Shown here: positions 49,981-60,676 of the stretch, in pieces
Numbering within the stretch: the first letter of the stretch is position 1
Layout of the letters: each line of letters begins with the position of its first letter
Assembly (NCBI RefSeq): GCF_039654945.1
Contig: NW_027361671.1
Span: 14,632,001 to 14,696,000, forward strand
From: Dendrobates tinctorius
Lineage: Eukaryota
Direction of reading: 5' to 3'
Length of the DNA stretch: 64,000 nucleotides
Made by a program: the position numbers and the translations under genes
The notes under the pieces: model-generated
What the model was told of the DNA's origin: nothing
Seen by the model: the letters and a program-made list of their open reading frames with translations, nothing else
Databases searched by the model: none

Positions 49981-51174
49981 TGGGTGGACAGACTGGTAGC
50001 CGCTGGTGAGTGTCCTCTTACGATCTTTACACTTTTATATTGCGCCCATTGTGGACATATGATGCCTTGATGCTATGTGAGGAAATATGGACACTCGATA
50101 TAATGATGTTTTTGAGTTTACCATTCCATCAATTACATTACCTTTCCTCTCCTCTTACATCAACCTTGTTAAACCAGTTTGCTGTCCAGTTCTGTCTCCC
50201 TTTGCTGTCTAGCCCATTCTTTTTGGATTTGACACTAATTTTCCTAACATCCCCTTATATTGATCTGTATTCGATGTTTTAATATACCTTTGTTAATAAA
50301 TTTATATTTTTCTACCGTATTATGTGTTGATCTATTTATCGCGTTTTTTTGGAGCTTTTTGCTCATGATCTGTGTAACCCTAACAGTAAGACAGGAAATT
50401 TCTAGGAAGTTAGATGAGACGGGGCCAGGGTGCCCAAGTGTCCACATGGGCTATAGGCCCGGACAGCTTGGCAGCCACGTTACATTAAAGTACTGCAGCC
50501 CACGTTACCCACGGCCACTGTGTGTCATAGAAGTGGGCCAGTACAGGAAAGGAAAGATGTGGTGACTGATCACCTGGGCGGATGCTTTTAGGGCAGGAGT
50601 CGGTTGGACAGAGGAGATGAAGGAAGATGGAGCTTCAATGAGATCGGTACAGACGGGCCGGATGCTTTACCAGAGGCAACCAAACCTGATGACTGATGAT
50701 TTTGAGTTTGGGGCGAAACAGGCAAAAAGAATTGTCATCATGGCAAGGTCAGGCCAAGAAGGAAGTGGGGAGCAGTCTAGGACGGTCCGGTCTGGGTGTG
50801 TACTGCACAGAGGTAACAGCCAAGCAGGGAAAGATGAGGAACCAAGTGAATATCATGATGTGCCAACTGTGGATGTAACGTGTGAAGTAATAAGTAAAGA
50901 GAATGCTCAAGTTAACCTGGACTGTGTCTCCATTACTGGGGGTCGCCTGAAGGAGGGACCATCGTCGCCTGGGACGTGCCCAGGGAAGTCTGGATTTGGA
51001 GATACAGGTATGCTGAAGAGAATACAGTTTTCTGTAGAGGAAGGACTGGACATAGATGTTACAGTGTCTCAGGTCATGATTACAGTCCTGCCCCTCCTTT
51101 ACAGTGGCTATGGGGTGGCCGGGGCATTTCTACAGTGAGGGGGTCACGATGTGAAACATCACTATTGTTAATAC

Positions 51175-51459
51175 CAATATAAGAAAAAAATGGAACAGCA
51201 AAATACCAACAAGTGGGTGCAAAGGCCTCCTCAGCAAATCATCCAATACTTGCCCCAATCCAGATAAAGAGAAAGAGGAAGGCAGCACTCCATAGAATTT
51301 TTAGTGAAAAAATGTGGGTTTTATTCAGACCCACACTTGAAAAAGGCTCAGTGTGAGCCGAAACGTCGCCATGCCATGTGAGTCTGAATAAAATTCACAT
51401 TTTTTCACTAAAAATTCTATGGAGTGCTGCATTCCACTTTCTCGTTTTCTTTTTATCTT
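51175..51459. mobile_element. Mini fold-back element with a hammerhead-like core
   Basis: 67-bp arms at 51269-51335 and 51377-51443. Near-TSD TATTGTTAATAC / TATTGTTAGTAC at 51163-51174 and 51460-51471. Confidence 0.75.
51336..51368 (+). ncRNA. Hammerhead-like motif, U3:A8 core variant, helix I truncated
   Basis: C-TTGAAAA-A-GGCTCA(GTG)TGAGCC-GAAA-CG-TC-G. Confidence 0.6.
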
Positions 51460-53879
51460 TATTGTTAGTACAGTATATTTAATTTTTTCAGATTCTGTTA
51501 ACATGGGCAGAACAAAAGAGAGGTACTGTTACCATGCAGGGCTCAAGCGCCATGCTGCTACACTGGTTTTCATCAATTTGAGCAGTGTAGATGCGGGGGA
51601 AAATTAGTGGAGAGTGATGTAGAAGTGATCGGTCATAGGTGTATGTTTGCTTCTTACTGTAGAGACGTGACTGTGCTGGAAGAAGTCATAGTGGTCTATG
51701 CTGGATGAAGAAGAAAAGTGAAAATGAATTACTGCAGTTAGATATGTAACTGGTAAATCACTGGATTTAGCTGTTGTGTACATACTCATATGACCTACAG
51801 TACAGAGCCCCTGTGTATAATGTCACTGGTGGTAAATTTTAATCTTAGTACAGTGGTTTTTAATAATGGTCAGTAAGGTTGCATTCAGTTACTAAGTAGT
51901 GGTAAGATGAGGTCTGTACTGGTCATGGTGTTTATTCCTTGTATGCTATTTGCTGTTGGTGCATTCATTTTGTTATAGCAGACTTGTGTAGTAACAGTAT
52001 GGTTATGGTTGCATTTGTTATTTGGTAACTGTATGTCTACTAATTAAGAATTATCTTATTGCTATGTTTTCTATCAGAAGTGTATTTTAACGCTAGTCTT
52101 TTTTTTTAATGGGGTGGAGAGTGAACACATTTCTTTATAGGATCTAGATTGCTATAGGGGCCCATACATCTGACCAACGTGAGGTTGGTTCCCTGATTCA
52201 AAGTTTGCACAAGGGACCATAGAGCTCTAGTTACGCCACTGCTGCAAGTGTTGCACCCCATACGCTGTAACCTGGACTCTGCAAGAAGTCAAATAGCTAG
52301 CATATGAAATGTTGCAGTTGATACACTGCTTCATCAGAGATCTAGTCATTGCTCACCTTTTAGAGTAAATAAGTACTTTGTTATAGCTCCTTACAAAATA
52401 AATTAAGGGACAATTTTTGACGTAGAAAAGAGGCATTTTCCGCTACACATCTATATCTTCTCTTTAATCCTAAAAAAAAGCATCATCGTTAAAAAGTTAT
52501 GATATATATTAATCAGTGATGGTAGATATTTTCTGATATTTGCCACTGAAGGGAGTAAGGAAACCCACTAGTTGAGCTACGCATATGAGAAGCCAAACCA
52601 AACCTGCCTCAGGTTTTTTTTTTTTTTTTAAAATGTGGTCTAGCAAATTCATGTCTATCAGAATCTGCTAAACAAAGAGATAGATCTATTCACAAAAGAA
52701 AATATGCAACATGTTTCTACTTGTACTATACCATTAACATCAGCATAGCCCATTTTAGGTGTTATAAATATGAAAACCTTTAATTCAAAGCAGGTCAGGG
52801 AGATATAGATGAAGCTAAAATTGGTGCATTATGTGTATGGCAGCAAATAGATGAGCAAATCTAGTATAATAAGCCATTTGAGTGGCACTGGAAAATAAAA
52901 CATCACTATGACCCATTCATCATTATGTCGATATGACTCTGTGGAAACTAAAGTATAAATTGCAATCAGCACTGTATTTCCATGAGTCTAGCTGAAATCT
53001 CAGAGGTTACATAGACCTATTTGTCTGCAGCGATGAGCTCTAAACTAATGTACACATTGCATCCTTTTAACTTAGACCATTTGCTCTACGCGTCTTCTTC
53101 CAAGGGTCAGTTCTGAAATGTAAAATAGCATTGTGTACGTACATAGCTTTTAAACAGAAAATCCAGAAGACAAGAAAGACCAGGATGAGGGGAAGATAGA
53201 ATAGGTGGTTGTTTAAAAGGATCTCTGGGAATATAAGAAAAAGACAATAAATATCATTATAAATAAATTCTGAAATATCTGTAATCAGTAAATTACACAT
53301 TTTGTCTAAGGAAGTACCGTAATTTGAATTAAAATGGCCACAATCTTGTCTAACCCATCAATGTTATTAAGCTAAGTGCCTTTGAGAATGTGCAGTAAGA
53401 AGCTTTGTTCCCTAACTTCCCTAACTTCATGTGTAAGAAGAACAGTCCCTATTGGACGTTTTGCGCTAATACTGGAGATAGCAGGAGTTCTGAAAAAAGA
53501 AGAAGCTGCTCACATTGCTTTACACCCTATCTTTCTGCCCAAGGGGCTTATCAAGCAGCGACAGGGGGGCATCAGACCCCGGGCGCAGCCGATAAGGGGC
53601 ATTTTTTTGAGCCATCTGATGCGGTGGTCCAAGGTGGCTTCCTTGAAGGCTACATTTTGCCATCCCCATAGTGGGAGGTGTTAGTTCTCTGAGTGTTTAA
53701 GATGAAAATACAATTGCAGCCCTGACCATCGGCACTTTTGGGTCAGGGTAACGAGAGCAGTGTGATCAGACCAGCTGATCACACTGCTGACGTCATGCAC
53801 CGGCATCTCATAGGCGCATACAAAGTTGGTGGTAAGTGCTCCAGTGAAGCTGAAGACACCAAAGATTTATTGTAATAGG

Positions 53880-54995
53880 GTGGGGAGGGATTTGAGAGCA
53901 AAGTATGGGGCTTAGCGAAGGGTTGGGTGTAGACACAGTATTGGGAGTGAGAGTGGATGGGTGCAGATGCAGTTTGGGAAGCAAGGACGTGGGTAATGGT
54001 TGCAGATGCAGTATGAGGAGCGGGGGGATGGATGCAAACACAGTATTGGGAGCAAGGGGGGATGGGTGCAGACAGCATGGCAAGCGAGAGGGACGAATGG
54101 TTGCAGACACAGTGAGGGGCCTGGGTGCAGACACAGTATTTAGAGCAAGGTAGGGGGAATGGGTGCAGACAATATAGAGAGCAAGGAGGTGTGGGTTCGG
54201 GCACAGTATGGAGAGCGAGTAGGGATGGATACAGACACAGTGTGGTGAGCAAGGGGGGATGAGTGCAGACACTGTATTGGAAGTGAAGGAGGAGGAAATG
54301 GGTGCAAACACAGTATTGGTAGCAAGGCACAGGGGATGGGTTCAGACACAGTATGAAAAGGAAAGTGGGATGGGTGTGGACACAGCGAGGGGGCATGGGT
54401 AGGAACACAGTATGGGAAGTGAGGGGGATGGGTTGGGTGCATACACATTATGGGGAAGTTTATTTATTTTTATTTAATTTATTTAATTTATTTATTTTAC
54501 TCATTTATATAGCACCATTAATTCTACAGCACTTTACAGACATTATTGGAACTGTCCCCGATGGGGCTCACAATCTAAATTCCCTATCAGTATGTCTTTG
54601 GAATGTGTGAGGAAAGCAGAGTACCTTGAGGAAACCCATGCAAACACGGGGAGAGCATACAAACTCCTTGCAGATGTTGTCCTTGGTGGGATTTGAACCA
54701 GGACCACAGCACTGTAAGCCACCATGTCGCCCTGTGAGGGGGATGTATGAGAAAACAGTATGGGTGAGGGAGAAGACAAAGTATGGCGAGTGAAGGGTGA
54801 TGGAGAAATTTGAGTATACAGTATGAGGAGTGGTGTATAGGTGCGAACACAGTATGAGGAGTAAAGGGGAGTGTAGGAGGAAACAGTATGAGGGGGTAAT
54901 GGGGGAAGCAAATGGGTGTGAACACAGTATGGGGAGGTTAAGGGAAGAGTATAAGGAAACAGTATGGGGAGTGAGGGGGGATATATGAGGAAACA
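53880..54995. repeat. Degenerate G-rich minisatellite (~30-40-bp units)
   Basis: Recurring GGGTGCAGACACAGTAT and AACAGTATGGGG. Confidence 0.75.
54458..54730 (-). mobile_element. tRNA-derived SINE with a V-SINE-like core and L2-like tail
   Basis: Minus strand has B box GGTTCAAATCC, core GGAGTTTGTATGCTCTCCCCGTG...GGGTTTCCTC, 3' end TGTAAAGTGCTG...GTGCTATATAAAT and an A-rich tail. Confidence 0.78.
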
Positions 54996-55194
54996 ATTGT
55001 TTTTTTATTTATCCAAAGTATTAGACCTACAAATCCATTTACCGCTGAATAGCTGGAGATTACCCCAAAAATAAAGGTAGGATAAAGAACAAAAGGCGCT
55101 ATCTGAAAGTTGAGGTGAGTATGTATGAATTGGAAGAGGTGAAAAAGCAGAATTGCTCAGCTTTATCAGTTGTGCTATTCTCACCTGTACTGCT

Positions 55195-55947
55195 GCAACT
55201 CCCTACTACTTGGTCTACCTCTTACTAAATTCTCCCCATTTCAATCCATCCTGAATACAGCAGCCAGGATCACATTTCTGTCCAATTACTATACTAAAGG
55301 CACCATTATGTGTCAGTCTTTGCACTAGTTGCCCATCCGTTACAGAGTCCAATATAACTTTATGTTTATCACCCACAAAGCTCTCCACAGTGCTGCTTCA
55401 CCATACAACTCTTTCCTCATCTCTGTTTACCTCTGTATTCATTTTTCCAATCCTTTAATAAAATAAGACTAACATCCTCCATAATTTGGACTCCAACTAG
55501 TAGGGCTTCTCTCATACTGCATCAGTTTTCTGGAATGCACTAGCCCAGACAATCAGGTTAGTTCCCATTATCCACAGTTATAAGCGTGCCCTAAAAACAA
55601 ATTTCTTTAGACTGGCATACCACCTCACCTCACTATTCTAACTATTCCCTGTTGTCCCTTCCACGTACTCAGTACCACTTTTTATCTATACTTGTATAGA
55701 TACTGGCTGGCTTGCTCATGCAGTGTTATTTAAAAGCCCTATTTATTATTTTGATGGCTGGACCTTACATAAAAAGCATTTTATTTTTACTAGAGTTGTC
55801 CTCATAGATTGTAAGTTTGCTCTCTGGGCCTACTCTCCACTTGGTATGTAATGAATTATGTGTTTCTCTGTAATGTCTTCATAGTCTATGAATTGTAAAG
55901 TGCTGTGGAAAATGTTGCCACTATAGAAATAAAAAATATTTTTATTA
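55195..55947 (+). mobile_element. Old L2 3' end
   Basis: QSILNTAARI remnant. 3' motif TGTAAAGTGCTGTGGAA...CTATAGAAATAAA similar to the one at 15293-15360. Confidence 0.75.
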
Positions 55948-55964
55948 ATGATGGTCACAATACC

Positions 55965-56251
55965 CAGGCTCGGACTGGCCCACAGGGGAAAAGGGGAATC
56001 CCCCGGTGGGCCTCTGTGCAAATCTAGGCCCCCAAACCTTACTGTATGGGCAGTACTTGTCATAATTCACTTGATTCTCTCTGTACAGAAAGAGCAGCAT
56101 CTCACTCATTAACCAAACTACCCAGTTTATTATTATATAGAGATATAGGTACATTTGTGAATGAGGGGAGTGTAATATTTGTATGCAGGTGAAAAGTGGG
56201 CCCCCAAAGTCAATGTTACTGGTGGGCCCTTGGCACCCCAGTCCGACACTG
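55965..56251. mobile_element. hAT-type MITE
   Basis: TIR CAGGCTCGGACTGG / CCAGTCCGACACTG with a perfect 8-bp TSD ACAATACC. Confidence 0.85.
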
Positions 56252-58716
56252 ACAATACCAGTATACATTTGTATGACATATAGGAGTCTATCTAAAGTGG
56301 TGCTGCCAGCATATGGTGTAGCTCCAAATAGAACCTAGGATAATTAGAAAATTGGCCATGCAGGCATGTAATACAGTACCTTTGGTGCTGCAGATAGTAG
56401 TAGTCATCGGTAATGGAATATATTACCCAGGATGTAAATTGCACATGTTGGAATGTACTGTTTTATTGTTACACGTTTGGGCACTGAAGTAGCGCAAAAC
56501 ACATTGCTTTTTGTTACTCTCATAAATGCAGCTTGTACTCCTTACATCTTGGTTAATAACTTAATATCTTTAATCACGGAGTACACCGTCAGCACCGGTG
56601 TTTCCTGTCTCCTCATTTAGCAATATTTAATTTTTCATTGGAATTTATGAATATGTATTGTTTTACATTGTATGCTAAAGATTTGGCCAAGTGTAGCTAA
56701 ATCTAATACTAGGTTGTTCTATAGATAATATTTTATTTATGTGAAAAATTACATTTTGCTTGGCTCCAGGGGTAAAGAAAAAAGTGAAATATGTTTCAGT
56801 ATGTCAACGAGTTGCTATTTCAATTCTAGGAATTAGATGCGCTTCCAAGCTTATTCATTCTATTTAGTGGATTCCCCCACAGCAAAGGACACCGTTGTTC
56901 CTTTCCTGGCAAGGACGGAGCCACAGTCCAGTATCATAAGTCATGGCACTGGAATCAGGAACAGACTTCACATCAGGCTTCTCCCTGTGACCTCACATAT
57001 AACACTTTACATGGCTGCTTAATTTTCTATTTAAGAGCAATTAATTGTTGCATGCTTCTGGTAGACAAAGAGATAAATATAGTGTTTGGGGTAGTCTGGA
57101 GGTCACCCAGAGTTTCTTTAGATTTATGGGTCCATGGTGTGAGACCTTTTAATGAACTTTGACTAAACTTTGCTCTTTGTTTTGCGATAAGGTTAAGACT
57201 GGACATCACAGGCATTTTAATAGCTGTGTTAAACACGAAACAGACTATAACCATTGTATCACGCTGCATGCAACATCATTTTATGGAAATTTTGCATAAA
57301 TTTTCACTGTTATAGGAGTTTAAAAATTTTGATTTACATGATAAATTTAAAACTTCAACTTCATTTTTGTTTTAGAATTATATATTAAACCAAGATATCC
57401 TTTTGTCCAGCGATTGAAAGTCTGTCATGTCATAAAACATGGAACATAGAAGATTGTAAGGCCAGTTTTTGAACTGGTGTAATCCCCGGCCACCGGGATT
57501 ATACTGAACCGAACAAAAATGACAAATTGAAAGTTGTTAATGTAGCATAGATAACAAAATGTAGTTATAGAGCAGCAATGTGAAACTTACCTAAAATATC
57601 AAGAGCTTCTTTTGTTCCTTATTGTCTTCTAATCGGTCTGTCAGTTTATTTTTTACTATGCCATTCTGTACATCATTGGAAATCTAACATCTTTTGCACC
57701 ATGTTTTATTCTTTCTTGATTTTGTTTTAATCTTTTTTTTCTAAAACCAGATGGAAACAAATTACTTGATTTACTAAGTGCAAGGACAGGATTTGACATG
57801 AAATGAAATGAAAACAATAATTTAAAAGGGGATTTTTCTTATATCTCCCATTGACCTCTATTATAAAAATAGGCAAATCATGATGGATAGTTAAAAAATG
57901 ACATATGGACAAAGTTATTTGAATGCAGAGTAGAAGTCTGGAAAAAGGGCCGTTTCCTACAGCGGTGCTCCAGGTACGCCGAAAGTCTGTGGAGAAAATC
58001 CAATATGCCTGAAGATTTCATCCATTATAAGTTTATGCTGGTGCAAACTCAGATTGGGCCAGGGTTACTAGTGGGGTACCACAGGGTTCTGTATTGGACC
58101 CCCTACTATTTAATATATTTATTAATGATCTAGTGGATGGCTTACACAGTAAAATATTAGTATTTGCAGATGATACAAAGCTATGTAAGGTAGTTAACAC
58201 AAAGGAGGACAGTTTGCAACTACAAACAGATTTGAGTAAATTGGAGAATTGGGCTGAAAAATGGCAAATGAGGTTTAACACAGATAAGTGTAAGGTTATG
58301 CACATGGGAAGGAGAAACAGATGCTATAATTACTTACTAAATGGGAAACTGCTGGGGAAATCAGACATGGAAAAAGACTTAGGCATCTTAGTCAATAAGA
58401 AGCTAAATTGGAGTGCCCAGTGTCAGGCAGCTGCCACCAAAGCAAATAGGGTCATGGGATGCATTAGAAGAGGTCTGGGGACAGGAGATGAAAACATAAT
58501 TCTCCCTCTGTACAAATCACTCGTCAGACCACACTTGGAGTATTGTGTGCATTTTTGAACACCGGTGCTCAAGAAAAACATTACTGAACTTGAAAGGGTT
58601 CAAAGGCGGGCTACTAAAATGATAAATGGAGTTGGTTCACTACAATACCCAGAAAGGTTATCAAAATTAGGTCTATTTACTCTAGAAAAGAGAAGACTAA
58701 GGGGAGACCTAATATA

Positions 58717-59937
58717 CACTCACTGGCCACTTTATTAGGTACACCTGTCCAACTGTGTGTTAAGACTTAATTTCTGATCAGCCAATCACATGGCGGCAAC
58801 TCAGTGCATTTAGGCATGTAGACATGGTCAAGACAATCTCCTGCAGTTCAAACCGAGCATCAGTATGGGGAAGAAAGGTGATTTGAGTGCCTTTGAACGT
58901 GGCATGATTGTTGGTGCCAGAAGGGCTGGTCTGAGTATTTCAGAAACTGCTGATCTACTGGGATTTTCACGCACAACCATCTCTAGGGTTTACAGAGAAT
59001 GGTCCGAAAAAGTAAAAAAATCCAGTGAGCGGCAGTTCTGTGGCCGGAAATGCCTTGTTGATGCCAGAGGTCAGAGGAGAATGGGCATACTGGTTCGAGC
59101 TGATAGAAAGGCAACAGTGACTCAAATTGCCACCCGTTACAACCAAGGTAGGCAGAAGAGCATCTCTGAACGCACAGTGCGTCGAACTTTGAGGCAGATG
59201 GGCTACAGCAGCAGAAGACCACACTGGGTACCACTCCTCTCAGCTAAGAACAGGAAACTGAGGCTACAATTTGCACAAGCTCATCGAAATTGGACAGTAG
59301 AAGATTTGAAAAACGTTGCCTGGTCTGATGAGTCTCGATTTCTGCTGCGACATTCGGATGGTAGGGTCAGAATTTGGCGTAAACAACATGAAAGCATGGA
59401 TCCATCCAGCCTTGTATCAACGGTTCAGGCTGGTGGTGGTGGTGTCATGGTGTGGGGAATTTTTTCTTGGCACTCTTTGGGCCCCTTGGTACCAATTGAG
59501 CATCGTTGCAACGCCACAGCCTACCTGAGTATTGTTGCTGACCATGTCCATCCCTTTATGACCACAATGTACCCAACATCTGATGGCTACTTTCAGCAGG
59601 ATAATGCGCCATGTCATAAAGCTCGAATCATCTCAGATTGGTTTCTTGAACATGACAATGAGTTCACTGTACTCAAATGGCCTCCTCAGTCACCAGATCT
59701 CAATCCAATAGAGCATCTTTGGGATGTGGTGGAACGGGAGATTCGCATCAGGGATGTGCAGCCGACAAATCTGCGCCAACTGTGTGATGCCATCATGTCA
59801 ATATGGTCCAAAATCTCTGAGGAATGCTTCCAGCACCTTGTTGAATCTCTGCCACGAAGAATTGAGGCAGTTCTGAAGGCAAAAGGGGGTCCAACCCGTT
59901 ACTAGCAAGGTGTACCTAATAAAGTGGCCAGTGAGTG
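58717..59937 (+). mobile_element. Intact DD36E (Incomer-type) Tc1-like transposon, 1221 bp
   Basis: Perfect 30-bp TIRs CACTCACTGGCCACTTTATTAGGTACACCT and a TA TSD (58715-58716, 59938-59939). Confidence 0.96.
58865..59905 (+). CDS. DD36E transposase, 346 aa, uninterrupted
   Basis: N-terminal HTH region, WSDESRF, FQQDNAPCH, and SPDLNPIE with 36 residues between D and E. Confidence 0.95.
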   Translation: MGKKGDLSAFERGMIVGARRAGLSISETADLLGFSRTTISRVYREWSEKVKKSSERQFCGRKCLVDARGQRRMGILVRADRKATVTQIATRYNQGRQKSISERTVRRTLRQMGYSSRRPHWVPLLSAKNRKLRLQFAQAHRNWTVEDLKNVAWSDESRFLLRHSDGRVRIWRKQHESMDPSSLVSTVQAGGGGVMVWGIFSWHSLGPLVPIEHRCNATAYLSIVADHVHPFMTTMYPTSDGYFQQDNAPCHKARIISDWFLEHDNEFTVLKWPPQSPDLNPIEHLWDVVEREIRIRDVQPTNLRQLCDAIMSIWSKISEECFQHLVESLPRRIEAVLKAKGGPTRY

Positions 59938-60409
59938 TATATGTACAAGTATATCAGAGGGCAATACAGAGATCTCTCCAATGAACTGTTTGTACCAAGG
60001 ACTGTGACAAGAACAAGGGGGCATTCTCTTCGTTTGGAGGAAAGACAATTTCTGCACCAGCATATAAGAGGGTTCTTCACGGTAAGAGCAGTGAGGCTCT
60101 GGAATTTTGTTCCTGAGGAAGTGGTGATGGCCAACTCACTGAATGAATTTAAGAAAGAAATGGATGCTTTTCTTGTGAGTAACAGTATAGAAGGTTACGA
60201 ATAACAGAATATTATAGGTAGATGGTTGACCCAACTTAGGGGAAGGAATTTTTTTCCCTATGGAGAAAATTGGCTTCTACTCTGTGGGTTTTTTGCCTTC
60301 CACAGGATCAACAATGCAGAACAGCTGCACTAAAAATAGGCTGAACTAGATGGACATAAGGTCTTCCTTCAGCCTTCAAAACTATGTTACTATGTTATGT
60401 TACATACAA

Positions 60410-60676
60410 CATTGCCCTTCACCTCTCCAAACAAACCTATTTCAACATCCTCATCACCTCATTATCCAATAACCCTAAACGTCTCTTTGACACTGTTCAT
60501 TCCCTACTCAACCCAAGAGTGCAGATCCCAACCATGGATCTCCGAGCTGACGATCTGGCCAATTATTTCAAAGAAAAAATTGACCACATCCTACAGGAAA
60601 TTTTCTCCCAATCCCCTCATACCATGCACTGTCCTCCCTCCCCCACTGGATCTAGCACACTCTCTGACTTTGAACT
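60410..60676 (+). mobile_element. L2 ORF2 internal fragment
   Basis: SKQTYFNILITSLSNNPKRLFDTVHSLL...LANYFKEKI, homologous to ORF 26016..26777. Confidence 0.75.

Larger units (their letters stand above)
49384..50375. mobile_element. Non-coding palindromic Penelope-type element with twin hammerheads
   Basis: Arms 49500-49937 and 49938-50375 with no spacer. 14-bp TSD AACCCTAACAGTAA at 49370-49383 and 50376-50389. Confidence 0.9.
58033..60397 (+). mobile_element. CR1 LINE, 5'-truncated, interrupted by a DD36E transposon
   Basis: [22 protein letters not shown] and LVRPHLEYCV, resuming at 59938. (CTATGTTA)n tail at 60382-60397. Confidence 0.94.

Noticed and set aside
49500-50375. Palindrome as a sequencing fold-back artefact
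   Set aside because: It has a flanking 14-bp TSD, an asymmetric tail and at least three arm mismatches.
50390-51150. ORF 50617..51138 as a gene or Gypsy pol remnant
   Set aside because: Only faint resemblance to pol, with no motif I can support.
53779-54996. Cys/Pro-rich ORFs
   Set aside because: Translation products of a minisatellite and a SINE.
57591-57740. 150-nt minus-strand exon candidate with good splice sites
   Set aside because: Stop codons in all three frames.
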